A stretch of 64,000 nt of DNA, taken from contig NC_057718.1 in NCBI RefSeq assembly GCF_004010195.1, positions 73,203,612 through 73,267,611 on the forward strand, written 5' to 3'. This DNA is from Chiloscyllium plagiosum (Eukaryota). The position numbers and the translations under genes were made by a program. Under the pieces are notes generated by a model. It was not told the DNA's origin and did no database searches. It worked only from the letters and a program-made list of their open reading frames with translations. Below, one piece after another: positions 1-13,547 of this stretch. Numbering within the stretch: position 1 is the first letter of the stretch; every line of letters starts with the position of its first letter.

Positions 1-144
1 TTGTTGTTTTGTTTTTTTTTGTCAAATTTTGGCTATTGTATATTTGAGTTAATTGTATATCAATGTTTATATCTGAGAGTTTTGTTTATTTTTGTAAACT
101 TGTAAAAATGTTAAATTTCTAATAAAAATATCTATAAAAAAAAA
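1..144 (+). mobile_element. 3' tail of a polyadenylated non-LTR element (L1/Tx1-like)
   Basis: T-rich 3' UTR, AATAAA at 121 and an A-tail at about 135-144, abutting the Gypsy pol relic. Confidence 0.5.
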
Positions 145-664
145 GCTATCTAGTTCAGATGGCGATCAATACAAGAGATGCCATATCAGTGATTACAGAA
201 TCAGTTTTTATTAAAATTCACTCTGGATTCCAACCATTAAATTTGTACAAGACTTCAGCTGGGCTGAGAAGTTATACTGGGAAACCTTTGCAGATTAAGG
301 ATATAAACTCTGTTCCGATCTCTTATGAAAGGCAGTTGGTTCGGTTACCAATGACTGTTGTAGAAGGCACGGTCTGAAGACTAGTGTGGCAAAATTGGTT
401 GTGAGAGATTCACCTCTGTTGGCTCAACACTTTTCAATTAGATAATAGCTACCTGAGTGAAGTCCTAAATAAATATACAGGTGTTTTCCCAGTAAAGTCT
501 AGAGATTATCAGAGGGTCCAAAGCAACTTTGCATTTTGACCAAGAAGCAATTTTGCGATTCTGCAAGGTCCTTGCAGTGTCATTTGCCTCATGGGCACAA
601 GTAAAAGTGAATTCAGGAGACTAGAAAGTGAATAAATCATCAAACCAGTCCAATTCACAGAATC

Positions 665-1260
665 AAAAGCAGAGGTTGCTGAAAAAGCTCAACAGGTCTG
701 TCAGCATCTATGAAGAGAAATTAGAGTTAACATTTCAGGTTCGGTGACCCTTCCTCACAACTGATGGTAGCCCAGAAAATGTCAGTTTATATGGAGAAGA
801 TAGGTGGGGGGAGAGAGTAAGAGTAAACAATGGGTAGGGATAGAGCCCAGAGAGAGAGAAAAACAGTTGAAAAGACAAAGTATTTGAAAATGAATAGCTG
901 TTAATAGAGACTGTTGGTGACTAACAGTAGATAGTGTGTAATGGCAGACAAAGTGATAAGATTCCTGGTCTGTGGTTGGGGGCTAGGACATGGGAGATTT
1001 CAGGCCCTAAAATTATCGTACTCGATACTGAGTCCGGAGAACTGCAGGGTCCCCAAGCAGAAAATGAGGTGTTGTTCTTCCAGCTTGTGCTGAGCTTCAA
1101 TAGAGATGTTGGCCAGGGAACAGAATGGTATGTTAAGGTGGCAAGCAACTGGAAGCTTAGGGTCTTTTTGTGGGCAGAACATAGATGTTCTGCAAAGCAG
1201 TCAGCCAGTCTACACTATGTTTCCCCAATGTAGAGAAGACCTTCAGACCCTCCCAGAATG
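665..1260 (-). mobile_element. Penelope-like element 3' fragment
   Basis: Minus-strand KLEEQHLIFCLGTLQFSGLSIEY resembles the C-terminus of the PLE GIY-YIG domain; a degenerate hammerhead-like terminal motif lies at about 725-760. Confidence 0.7.
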
Positions 1261-2317
1261 TTGAATTTTGAAGCCCTATGGGTGAGTTCGCCTTTGTGGG
1301 GGTTTTAAACAAACAGTAAACTGCTTTTCGCAGTTGGATAAACACCCAATCCTTCAGATAGAGGGTTTGTACGCAAAGCTGGCAGGATGATTGTTCTTAA
1401 CGAAGCTTGAAATGAGCCACTTTTACTTGCAATTGCATTTACTTCAGGATTCTCAAACTTATGCTACAATTAACACCCAGAAAGGCTTGTATCAATATTT
1501 GAGACTGCCATTCGGCATATTGTCAGCCCGTTCAGTACTTCAGTGGACAATGGAGAACATTTTGCAAGGTCGGTGACAAGTCACCATTTATCTAGATGAC
1601 ATCCTGATAACAGGTAAAATTAATAAGGAACATTAGAGAACTAGAATGTAGTCTTCCAGCCTTCCGCTTGTCTACTTTAGATTCCAGCATCTGCAGTTTT
1701 TCTGTCTCTAACTTGGATGTAGTCCAAGCAGGCATATGCCTAAGAAGGGAAAAACGTGTGTTCCAGGACCTCTTTGAGCAAAAGGGTTGAGAAGATTGGG
1801 TTACACCAATTAGAAGATAAAGTGAGAATGATTGAATGTGTACCGGTCCCCACTTTTGTCCAAGAGCTTAGGTCATTTCTGCGTCTAGTAAATTATTACA
1901 GAAAGGTCATACACAACCTGGCATTGATTCTGGGGCCATTGCATCAATTCCTAAAAGTGGATCAGCTTTGGAAATAGTCTCATGGATAGACCCTAGCTTT
2001 CGATGAAGTAAAGAAATAATGATCAATCTCAAAATGTTGGCACACTATGATCCTAAGAAAGATTTGGTATTGATGTGCGGTGCTTGCCCATATGGTATTG
2101 GGTTGGTATTGGCTCATAGGTAGCCCACTGGGGAGGAATGCCCAATAGTTTAACCATCCAGGACTTTGGCTAATACAAAGCATAAACACACTGAAATAAA
2201 AAAAAGGATTGGCGGTCATATTTGGTGTCAGAATGTTCCTCCAACACTATTATGGATGCAAATTCATGATTATCATGCACCACAAGTGACTACTTGATCT
2301 GCTTAAAAAGGATAACC

Positions 2318-2507
2318 GTGATATGGAGATGCCAGTGTTGGACTGGGGTGGACAAAGTTAAAAATCACACAACACCAGGTTATAGTCCAACAGGTTTATT
2401 TGGAAGTACAACCTTTTGGAGCTACCTGACAAAGGAGCAGTGCTCCAAAAGCTTGTACTTCCAAATAAACCTGTTGGACTATAACCGGGTGTTGTGTGAT
2501 TTGTAAC
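2318..2507. mobile_element. Palindromic PLE-derived mini-element (family A)
   Basis: Inverted arms aatcacacaacaccaggttatagtccaacaggtttatttggaag / reverse complement; same terminus as the PLE at 40410-42986. Confidence 0.85.
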
Positions 2508-2691
2508 TAATGAGGATAAGGCAGTGCCCACCCATAGCTTCGGGCCACGTTCAGCAGTGGGCTGTAATACTAAGTGCTTAAAGTCACAAATTAGAACACA
2601 GGCTGGGAGGCAGAGTAGTGAATGTGGATGCATTGTGCTCCCTCCCATTGGTGGATATACCACTGCTGGCACTCTGAATGGGAGGACTGTA

Positions 2692-3952
2692 ATTAAGGGT
2701 ACGTCATGCCTCACAAACCTTATTGAGTTCTTTGAGAAAGTGACCAAACAGGTGGTTGAAGATAAAGCAGTTGATGTGGTGTATATGGATTTCAGTAAAG
2801 TGTTTGATAAGATTCCCCATGATAGGCTATTGCAGAAAATACAGCCGCATAGGATTGAGGGTGATTTAGCAGTTTGGATCAGAATTTGGCTCGTTGGAAG
2901 AAAACAGAATGTGGTGCTTGATGGGAAATGTTCGTTCTGGAGTTCAGTTACTAGTGTTATACCACAAGGATCTGTTTTGGGGCCACTATTGTTTGTCATT
3001 TTTATAAATGACCTGGCTGAGGACGTAGAAGGAAGGGTTAGTAAATTTGCAGATGACACTAAGGTCGATGGGGTTATAGAAAGTGTGGAAGGATGTTGCA
3101 GGTTATAGAGGGACATAGATAAGCTGCAGAGCTGGGCTGAGAGGTGGCAAATGGAGTTTACTGCGGAAAAGTGTGAGATGATTCACTTTGAAAGGAGTAA
3201 CAGGAATACAGAGTACTAGGCTAATAGTAAGATTCTTGGCAATATGGATGAGCAGAGAGATCTCGGTGTCCATGTGTATAGATCCCTGAAAGTTGCCACC
3301 CAGATTGATAGGGTTGTTCGGAAGATGTATGGGGTGTTCGCTTTTATTGGTAGAGAGACTGAGTTTCAGAGCCATGAGATTATGTTGCAGCTGTACAAAC
3401 CTCTGGTGCAGTTGTATTTGGAGTATTGCATACAGTTCTGGTCGCCATATTATAGGAAGGATATGGACACATTGGAAAGGGTGCAGAGGAGATCTACCAG
3501 GATGTTGTCTGGTATGGAGGGAAGGTCTTATGAGGAAAGGCTGAGGGACTTGAGGCTGTTTTCTTTAGAGAGAAGAAGGTTGAGAGGTGACTTAGTTGCA
3601 ACATATAAGATAATAAAGGTTAGATAGGGTTGCCAGTGAGAGCCTTTTTCCTTGGATGGTGATGGCTCGTACGAGGGGACATAGCTTTAAATTGAGGGGT
3701 GATACATATAGGACAGATGTCAGAGGTAAGTTCTTTATTCAGGGAGTAGTAAGGGTGTGGAATGCCCTGCCTGCAACTGTAGTAGACTCATCAACATTAA
3801 GAGCATTTAAATGATCATTGCATAAATATAGGGATGATAATGGAATAGTGTAGGTTAGATGGGCTTTAGATTGGTTTCACAGGTCTGCGCAACATCAAGG
3901 GCCAAAGGGCCTGTACTGCGCTGTAACATTCTAGCTTCTATGTTCTATGTTC
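2692..3952 (+). mobile_element. 5'-truncated CR1 LINE
   Basis: RT motifs [34 protein letters not shown]; (ttctatg)n tail. Confidence 0.95.
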
Positions 3953-4699
3953 TTCTCAGTTTTCCTTTCCTGACTGGTTCCACAGGTCTGCAAGAGGCAC
4001 GGGTGTCTGGTTCACTTATAAAAAGTCTTTGTCTAATCAATTAAAAATAACAGTTTACAGCAACTGTTGAAGAACAGATAAGCTGGTTTTCTTCAGATTT
4101 TGACCATATAGAACACTAGCCTGAGCTAGTGGAGATCTGATCACTTCTCTCAAGATTATTCCCAACCTCAAGCTGTTCAGTTACCTTTGTAATCATAATT
4201 GATCACTAGCTCATACACCAATCAATTTCACGTTGCTAACCACAGTTCCATCTGAATACCGATTCCCTCTGCTCTAATTTATCTGCAAACTAATCTTCAA
4301 CTATTGCTTGCTCAAGCAGCTGTTTAACCAACACTTGCCATAAGTGTCAGATTAATTGCTTTTCAAAACATGCAACAACTTTTAAAAACTAGCTTTGCAA
4401 CAGTTCTTTCTCATTTCAGTCAATTATAAAAAAGCACAAAAATAAAAAAAAAGTCTTCATAAGCATTTGCACTAAGCAGCACAATACACCAGTAACATGA
4501 GCCTGGTATCCCTGACTGAAGGAGCAAATCACACAAAAACAAGACGAAGTAACACAAGGCAGGATGCTGTGAGCATCCAGGTAGGTTCAGATTAAGTGAG
4601 TGCTATAAAAGCAATTGAAAAGCCCAGAAAGGCAGATTCAGTCAATGAGCTGGATGGGTTACCCAGCCCAGGGTAAGAACACCTGTCATTATTAATTCT

Positions 4700-5213
4700 T
4701 TTATTCTGGAGGAGAACCTGCATGGAGGCATTGCTGAACCGTGGGCTGCTCCGTATCTGTAAAATGATATCATTATGAAGATTGAAGATCCAAATAAATA
4801 ATCAGGGCTAGTTGTAACGGTTCCAAGAACATTAATTAATGGATGAAAATGGGAGTGATGGGGATCCAAAGAGATTCAATCAGTTAGCGAAATTAGAATC
4901 TCACCACAGAACTCACACCAGAGAGAAACTATTCCCCTGTCCTGAGAGTGGGAAGAGATTCACTCGTATATCCAACTTAGATCAAAACCAGGGAACACAC
5001 AATAGAGAAATATGGTTCACCTGCTCTCACTGCGGGAAGGGATTCACTTATTCATCCAGTTTACTTAGGTACCAAAGAACCCACACTGGAGAGAAACCAT
5101 TCTGCTGCCCAGAGTGCAAGAAGACTTTCGCTCAGTTATCTCACTTACATTCTCACCGGAGAACTCATGGTCAACTGCTTACTGTTAGGAAAGCGAGATC
5201 ACATCCGGAGTGA
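4700..5213 (+). pseudogene. Degenerate tandem C2H2 zinc-finger fragment
   Basis: About four fingers with HTGEKPF/HTREKLF linkers. Only the last (CPECKKTF..L..HRRTH) has all four ligands; others carry C>S, H>N or H>Y changes. The upstream frame has stops. Confidence 0.75.
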
Positions 5214-5851
5214 GAGAAAGAGCCTGAGTGATTCCATAGTTCGGGGAATTTGTGGGCAGTGCCAGAGTTTGGTGTATAGGGCCGGAGATGCTTTTTTCTT
5301 GTGTTTTGGCTCGTTGTTTGTAAGGTCTTTTTAAAATGATCAATTGAAGCCCAGTATCGGGGCCCAGCATAACACACAGAGCGATGTCACAGAAAAGCCA
5401 TGTCTCCCAGCGTCTGTTTGTCGTGTACCCTTTAATCATAACCTCTTTTCAGACTGGAGACCTGTGACCAGTGGTGTGCCATGAGGATCAGTCTGGGTCC
5501 ATGACTTCATTGGTTGGTTAAAGCTACTAATTTGACTGTCTAACATAGGTTACGTTTAGATTGAAGATAAATAAGGGAAACATGTACAGGTGACAAAGTG
5601 AAAGATCAGAGGAAATTTTCAAAAATCAAGTAAGAATGAAGTAAAGCTGGAGATGCAGACCGAGGTGATGCGTTGTGCCTGTATGATGTTGGAGCGTGTA
5701 GACTCCATTGTGGTTGCTCGTGACTACATCTGCAGCAAGTGCTGGTTGATCGAGGAACAGTGGCTCAGATTTGACATGCTAGAGTCTGAGCTTTGACCAC
5801 AGTAACACAACAGGGAGAGGGAGAGTTACCTGGATGCTGTATTTCAGGAGG

Positions 5852-6095
5852 TATCGGTGGCTCAGTAGTTAGCACTGTTGCCTCACAGCGCCAGGGACCT
5901 GGGTTCACTTCTAGCCGTGTCTGCGTGGGTTTTCTCCAGGCGTTCCGGTTTCCTCCCATAGTCCAAAGGTGTGCAGGTCAGGTGAATTGGCTATGCTGAA
6001 TTGCCCATAGTGTTAGGTGCATTAGTCAAGAGGAAATGGGTCTGGGTGGGTTACACTTCAGAGGGTCGGAGTGGACTGTAGGGAATCTAATCTAA
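5852..6095 (+). mobile_element. tRNA-derived SINE (HE1-like)
   Basis: A box TGGCTCAGTAG, B-box-like GGTTCACTTC, conserved core ggtttcctccca, (atcta)n tail. Confidence 0.85.
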
Positions 6096-8679
6096 GCTAA
6101 TCATCAAACCATGGTCAACTGATTGGGGGAGGACGACATTCCGAGAGGGATGGAAGCTGGAAGTTGAATAAATATTCTCCAGGTGGCTCCAGATGGATAA
6201 TCAATTCTCTCAATTGGCATAATTCTTGATAATTAGAAGTAAGCTTTTATAGCTCGCTCCAACCTGGAATTGATCTTGGGGAGTTGGGAATGAGGGAATA
6301 ACCTGCTCCTTCTTTGTAATGGGTAGAAATCTGTTGCATGCAGCTCCAATTTACAATGTGATCAAATGTGTTGGGGCTCCCAACATGTGAGTGAAAGTGA
6401 CACCCGCTTTGATCCAATTATCATGAGGTGAGCCCTTCTCATCAAATTCCACCCATTAATTGTATTGAAGATAGAAGTCAAACAGATTTGAATACCAATG
6501 GAATTAAATCGATGTGGAGATAGTGTGGGAAGCTGAAGTTGGAGTAGAAGATGGCTGTTTATAAAGCATAGAATGTTAAGGGAAGAATGTTAATGAGGGA
6601 GCCCAAAATGATTGCATTCCAATAAAGATAAGGAGAAATTATTTCCACCAAGAGAAGAATCATTAACCAATGAATTCAAATTAAGAAAATGGACAGATAA
6701 GCTACAGGACAGAAGAGGGAACATATTTCACAAAGAGAACATTTTGCCAGAATGAGTGGTAGATGAAGAATCAATAATAACTTTTCATACAAATTGTATG
6801 TATATTTAAAAGAGAAATACAAGTTGCAGGGTTGTGAGAAAGTGCAGGGGAATGGGTCTAATTGGCATGCTTTCAGAGAGTTGGTATACTATGATTTATC
6901 AAATGGCATCTTTTTGTGCCTTGTAAATGTGGAATGAGAGCCTGGCAACTATTACAAAAGATGAAAATGGTTCACGCAATTATTACTCTTCGTAATGTTG
7001 GGCAAATGAGTAGGCAGACAGAGGGCATGCAGGTCTAATGTCACAGTTTGGGATGGATGAGGGTTAGTGGGGAAGGTGTTGCATACATCATTGATTGGTA
7101 GAGTAAGAACCTTGGTGGGAAGTGGGTGAACTAGCAAAGCTAAAGTGTTATCAGAGAGAAGGTGGTAGCACATATTTTGGCAGAGTGGACAAGGACTACA
7201 GTTCTGCACGTTCCTCAGGGCTGAGCCTGCTTCAACATGAATGGCAATCTTGGACCAGGCTGGCTATGTCTAGTGATGTCCCTCCACTACTGGTCCTGGG
7301 GAGGAGGAAATCCTGCCTAAGGACTACGCATCCACAGAGTCTCCGGACCATAGACACAAAAGCAGACAAGGATTTTCGATTGACTGACAAATCCAGGGCA
7401 AAAGTCAGGAATCGTGTCAGGCAACTCTGGACTCACAGTGGTTGTCTGGGTGCACAATGGCCTTTAAAATATGGTATCTTTGGCAGAGGTGTCAATCAGT
7501 TCCATGATCTCTCATGAGTAGCAAGTAACTTGGCATAAGCAATCAAATGTCAGTTAAAACAGTGATGTTTGTACAATATTGTATGAAAGCTCATTTGGCC
7601 TCATGGTAGCAATCACTTCCACCAAACTTGATGCAACATGCACTTTGTCAATAGTTGTAAGATTCCATCCTATGTGATCTTAAGACAATAGGAGCAGAAG
7701 AAGGCCATTTAAGTGCATCAAATCTATTCCATTATTCAATGAGAACATGGCTGATCTGACGATCTTCAACTCTACTATCTTGCCTTTTCCCCATCCTCTT
7801 GATTCCCTTATTGATTTAAAAATCTGTTTCAGCCTCAAAAGTTCTAAACCTAATGAGATTTAATCACACAAACATCTAGAATATCATGAGGCAGGTATTC
7901 TTTATTCCACTAGCATCAAGACTTTACATGCATGAAGGATAATTAAGGCTAACCTCAGGAAAACAGTAATTATGTTGTACTGGTTGTATATCCTTTCTCT
8001 GCCTCTTGTGTTGTCCATGAGACCTTTTTCTGACAAAGATCCCTTTCCTCCAGAGAGGGTCTGCTTAAATGCTTGAGTTCTGCTTGTTGCCACCCCTCAC
8101 CATTGCTTGCTGAAGACACTGTTACAACATGACATCAACCACCAAGTAAAACCTCTGACTTCTTACCACGCACCACACTCCCACAGCAGCATTCTCTAGA
8201 ACTCAAGACTCAAAAATATCTAGCTGTTCAATTTAACCTTCTCACATACCAACAGTGCAGCCCTCATGTACAACTCTCAGTGCCCCCAACTAACCTCAGC
8301 TATGTCATGACCCTGGGTGAGGATCCCCAACCAGTTCAGGTTTCAGATGAAATACCTCAAATCAATAAACTGTGGATGGAGGGATCAACTCAGTCACTTT
8401 CTTTATTCACCCATGCCCCCAGTTTTTTACAAGGTTAATTTGAAAACTGACCTCTTCCCTTGTGGATATCTGCTCCCTGACCCAAATAAACATATGTTTT
8501 AAAAGTAGCCAATTTAATCAGGCTTTCTTGAATTAATAAAAACGTGTGAGTTTATTAATTACCGAACATTGAATGCTAATACAACACATCTCATTTCTAA
8601 TCTGTGGGTAAGTCCAAAAAGATAAAAGGATACTTGGTATAGATCAGTCTTTGAATATTTGAATGCTGTAGCCATTGCA

Positions 8680-9480
8680 AGAGAGGTTACCAGATTATAG
8701 GAGAATATATTCAGGCTGATCAGATGGGCTGATCAGTGCCAAATGGAATTTAATCCAGCTAAGTGTGAGATATGCAGTTGGCCAGGAAAGATACAGCAAG
8801 GGAATACATGTAGGAGTTTGAGGAGCACCAACAATCAGAGGGAACTTGATGTGCATGCACACCAATCCTTTAAGGTATCAGGGTAGGTAGAAAAAGTGAT
8901 TAAGAAGGTCTTTGTATATGATTGGCATAGACTTTAAGAACAGGGAGATTATGCTGAAATTGAATAAAACCTTTGTTAGGCTACATGTAGAGTATTTTGT
9001 GTGGTTCTGGAATCCACATTATAGGAAGGACATTGCCTGGGCTAGAGAGTTTCAGTTACTTAAAAAAATTAAACGAACTGCAGTTGCTTTCCTTCGAAAG
9101 GAGGGGATTGAGAGGGGGCATGATTGAAGTGTTTAAATTGAGGGGCATAGATAGGATAGACAGGAAAAAACAATTTTCCCTTGGAGAGATCAATGACTGG
9201 GGCATAGATTTAAGGTAAAGGGTAGAAGGTTTGGTGTAAATGCAAGGAAAAACTGTTTCACCTAGCGAATGGTGGGAATCTAGAATTCATACCCATAAGG
9301 CTGATAAACACAGAAACCCCTATAACATTTAAATATTTATATGTGCATTTGTGATGCCAAGGCACACATAACTATGGGTCAAGTGCTAGAAATGGAATTG
9401 AATAGGAATGCTGTTGTTTTTGACTGGTGCGGACATGATGGGCTGAAGGCCCTTTTTGTGCCATGGATCGCTTATAACTG
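8680..9480 (+). mobile_element. Old CR1 3' fragment
   Basis: HVEYFVWFWNPHYRKD and ERRGLRGGMIEVFK remnants, followed by a CR1-type 3' UTR. Confidence 0.8.
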
Positions 9481-9595
9481 TCGCAGAACAAATTTGGTAT
9501 TCATATTAACAATTGTTTCTTAATTCTCTGGGCCTTACCTTCATTTCGACTGTATTTATGATTAGAGTGGTTGGAAAACCTTTCAGAGCATTGTT

Positions 9596-9706
9596 AAAAA
9601 TCACACAACACCAATTTATAGTTCAACAGGTTTATTTGGAAGCACTAGCTTTTGGAGCGCTGCTCCTACTTCAGGTGGTTATGGAGTGTAAGATCGTAAG
9701 ATACTA
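9596..9706 (-). mobile_element. PLE mini-element (family A) with 15-bp TSD
   Basis: TSD tttcagagcattgtt at 9581-9595 and 9707-9721. Confidence 0.85.
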
Positions 9707-9829
9707 TTTCAGAGCATTGTTTGCTTCTATTGACAGTTATCAACAGTTCTGGGGGTATGTAATCTATTTCTAGCTCAGCAAAGCAAAACTGTGTTTTGGG
9801 TATAGGGTCTCCATTGCTAGCCGTGCCAC

Positions 9830-11650
9830 ATTAGAGTCATACAGCACAGAAGCAGACCTTTTGGTCCAACCAGTCCATGTCGAACATAATCCCAAGTTAA
9901 ACTAGTCCCACCTGCCTGCTCCTGGCCCAACTCCCTCCAAACCTTTTCTATTCATGTATCTATCCAAATTTTTTGAAATGTTGTAATTATACCCGCATCC
10001 ACCACTTTCTCAGGAGGTTCATTCCACATGCAAACCACCGTGTGTGTAAACTTTTGCCTCTTATGTGTTCTGTAATTCTCTCTCCTCTCATCTTAAAAAT
10101 ATGCATCCTCATCAGTTAAAAATCACACTCATACACATACACACCCCCTCTCACAGACACTCATAACCACCACCCCCACCCCGACATGCACCCAACATGC
10201 ACATATACTCATATACGTTTGTGGGGTGAATTTGTACTTGCAGAATTACATGTGATCTAACCTTGCTAACCAGTCTACCATGAGGAACCTTGTCGCATGG
10301 CTTGCTGAAGTCCATATACATAATGTCCACTGCTCTGCTCTCATCAATCTTGTTACTTCTTCAAAAAAACTCAACCAAGTTAACGAAACACAACTTCCAA
10401 CACCCAAAGCCATGTTGACTATCCTTAATCAGTCCTTGCCTTTCCAAATTCATTAAATCCTGTCCCTCAGGATTCCCTCCAACAATTTGACCACCATTGA
10501 AGTCAGGCTCACCGGTCTATAGCTCCCTGTCTTTTCCTTACCACCTTTCTTAAATATTGGCACCATGTCAGCCAACCTCCAATCTTCTGGCATCTCATCT
10601 GTGGCTATCGATGATACAAATGTCTCAGCAAAGGATCCAGCAATCACTTCCCTAGCTTCCCACAGAACTCGAGGGTACACTTGATCAGGTCATGGGGATT
10701 TATCCATTTTTAGGTGTTTTAAGATGTCTAGCACCACCTTCTCTTTAATATGGATATTTTTCAAGATGTCCCTATTAATTTACTATGCTCTGTACCTTCT
10801 ATATCTTTCTCTACAGTAAGCAAAATACTTGTTTAATATCTCCTCCATTTCCTGCAGTTCTACATTTACTCTTTTGTCCTTAATGTAATCCTTAATGTAT
10901 TCATAAAATCCCTTTGGATTCTCCTTACCTCTGTTTGCCAAAGCTATCTCATGTCCTCTTTTTGGCCTCCTGATTTCCCTCTTAAATATACTTGTACTAT
11001 CTTTATAGTCTTCTAAGGATTCACTCGATCTCTTCTTATTCTTGACCAAAGCCTTAATTTCTCAAGTCATGTAGCATTCAGTACACTTCCCAGCTTGCCT
11101 TTTACCCGAAGAGGAACAGACTGTCTCTGGACCCTCGTTATCTCCTCTTTGAAGGTTTCTGATTTTCCACCCATCCCTTTACCAGCAAATATCGACCCCC
11201 AGCCAACTTTTGAAAATTTTGCTTGATACCATCTAAATTGTCCTTCCTCCAATTGGCCTCTCCTCCCACCCCCTCTGGGAAGGTGTGGGGGTTATGAGTT
11301 CGAAAGTTCAATCCCAACATGGTGATCATCCCATTCTTATTTTTCAGTTCCATTCAAATAATGTCCCCGTATTCACAGGAGTATCCTCCCTAAGTACAGC
11401 GGTAATGTTCTCCCTAATCAAAAGCGCCACATCCCCTCCTCTCTTCTCCCCTTTCAATCGTTCCTATAGCACCTGTGTCCTAGAACATTAAGCTGCCAGT
11501 CCTGTCCATCCCCAGGCCATTCCCCACGTCTGTGCAATTGCTGTGAAATCCCATTCCCTTGTTCCCCACCATGCCCTGAGTTCATCTGCCTTACCCGTTA
11601 GGCCTCTTGCATTGAAAGAAATGCAATTTAATTGATCAGTCCTATCAGTA
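9830..11650 (-). mobile_element. Internally deleted CR1 with an embedded PLE CA-rich fragment (about 10113-10250)
   Basis: EN (FNARGL) and RT (PEDWRLADMVPIFKKG, YRPVSLTS) remnants plus a 3' UTR. Confidence 0.85.
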
Positions 11651-13320
11651 TTTAGCCACTTACAGTTTACTCCCATTCCATCATGTTCAATGTTCTCTTC
11701 CTTGCAATGAGTAAATATAATGGTATCTGGTCACTGATTAATGATGTACATTTAGTGCAAAAAGACTTTAGCAAGTGTTACTGCTGAATCAGTTGATGGG
11801 AATGTAATCAAAATGCAAAGTAAGGGAAAATGGATGAGAATGTATAAGTACATAGGTGGGATGGAATAATCTTAAGAAAACATGATATGAATTTGGGGTG
11901 ATGTGCACATCAGGATGAAAGAGAATGTACAACTTAACTCATCTTGGCTAGTGAAGGTTTTCCTGCACAAACCAGGAGTGGCACAATGATCCGGTTTCTG
12001 ACCTCCAGTATATCTTTAGCCATGATCATTTTGTGACAAAAATGATTCCTGATTGCTAGGCTCTCTTTGACTCCTCACTGTCCCCAGCAGCACACTAAAG
12101 CAGATATTATTGAAATAAGTAGCATCTTTGGGGTTTCTGATTCCATACTTAGAAGCTCTTCCTCTGCTACATGGATCCATGAGAGGTTGCAGTGGTTATT
12201 GAAGAGAATGGTTTCAGGGATAAGCAATTTTAGCTATAGGGTTAGGTCAGAGAGGTGTGGGTTGTTTCCTCAGGAGCAAAGGATATTGAGGCATGATCTG
12301 ATAGAGTCATCCAAGATTGACGGGTTTCATTAAGGTAAACAAGACATACTGAAACTGATGGTACAATGAGTAGGGGGAATAGATTTAAGGTTTTTTGCAA
12401 GAGATGCAAGGGGATATGTGTAAGCACGTTATGGAGACCGTGATAATGATCATGGATTTGCACCTTGCAAAGCCAGTAGAAGGGAAGATGAACTATTTCA
12501 AAAAGAAACTGGACAAGCACATCTGGGAACTAAATGTTCAGATCAATGGAGATAAAGCTGATGGATGGCACTGACTGGTCTGTTCTACAGAAATCTGGTA
12601 TGAAACTGAATAGTCTATTTTTGACAATAATGGCATGATAACTCTGTGCCAGTTCTCATCATACCTACTTTTATACAATCAATTACAAACCATCAAGTAA
12701 AATATAATGAGTTGCTGTGTTAAAAAGTCAAGGGCAAACACTTTTTGGTTTATCACTTGATATCAGGATCACCATGCTCTGAATGAAAAAATAAATATTA
12801 ATACCTTAATCTCATGAGGCTCAAATTTGAAAAATGTTCATTTGTGAATTTTCATTTTATGGATAACACATTGAATGTCTGTGAATTCTTGGTGAATAAG
12901 TATAATACTAAATGTTTTACCAAATTACATGAGCCACTTACTTGATTATGCTACCTGTTTGTTTTGTCTTAGTAGCTAGTTTTGAAATGGAAATTTTAGA
13001 AACAAGGATCAGTCTGTCTGACTGTACATCGTTCCAAGGACATGCTCCTTTAAAAATACTCATTACTCTCCTTGTTCAGATCCATTTGTACTGAGGGAAA
13101 GCATAATAAAACCGCTATTAGAATGATTAAATTGTGTAGTATCATTTACCATCTTTGTCTTGGAGATGTATACTCAGTTGATTTTGAGATTTACAAACAA
13201 AAATGTTCAGCCGAACATGGTTATGTTGGCAATTCAAATCTAGTTTAAGGAGTTTTGCTTTTGATATTTACATATTAAATCAGTTTTGGATGAAAAGTAA
13301 TCACATTATGAAAAGTAATC

Positions 13321-13547
13321 ACAGTGGTTAGCACTGCTGCCTCACAGCGCCAGAGACCCGGGTTCACTACCCGCCTCCGGCGACTGACTGTGTGGAGTNN
13401 NNNNNNNNNNNNNNNNNNNNNNNNNNNNNNNNNNNNNNNNNNNNNNNNNNNNNNNNNNNNNNNNNNNNNNNNNNNNNNNNNNNNTGTTGGGCCGAAGAGC
13501 CTGTTTCCACACTGTAATGTAATCTAATGTAATCTAATCTAATCTAA
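13321..13547 (+). mobile_element. tRNA SINE spanning an N gap (13399-13484)
   Basis: SINE head cagtggttagcactgctgcctcacagcgcc and (taatc)n tail. Confidence 0.85.

Larger units (their letters stand above)
145..2610 (+). mobile_element. Degenerate Ty3/Gypsy pol (PR-RT-RNase H), interrupted by PLE insertions
   Basis: Protease-like remnant (INTRDAISVI); RT TINTQKGLYQYLRLPFG and YLDDIL at about 1587; QELRSFLRLVNYYRK; RNase H-like ACPYGIGLVL. Many stops and frameshifts. Confidence 0.85.

Noticed and set aside
2358..3116. 252-aa and 194-aa ORFs
   Set aside because: Antisense and sense read-through across CR1, Gypsy and a PLE palindrome; not a host gene.
4839..5213. ZNF292 (mammalian neighbour of CGA) or another functional ZNF
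   Set aside because: Generic tandem Kruppel-type fingers with lost ligands and no supportable exon structure.
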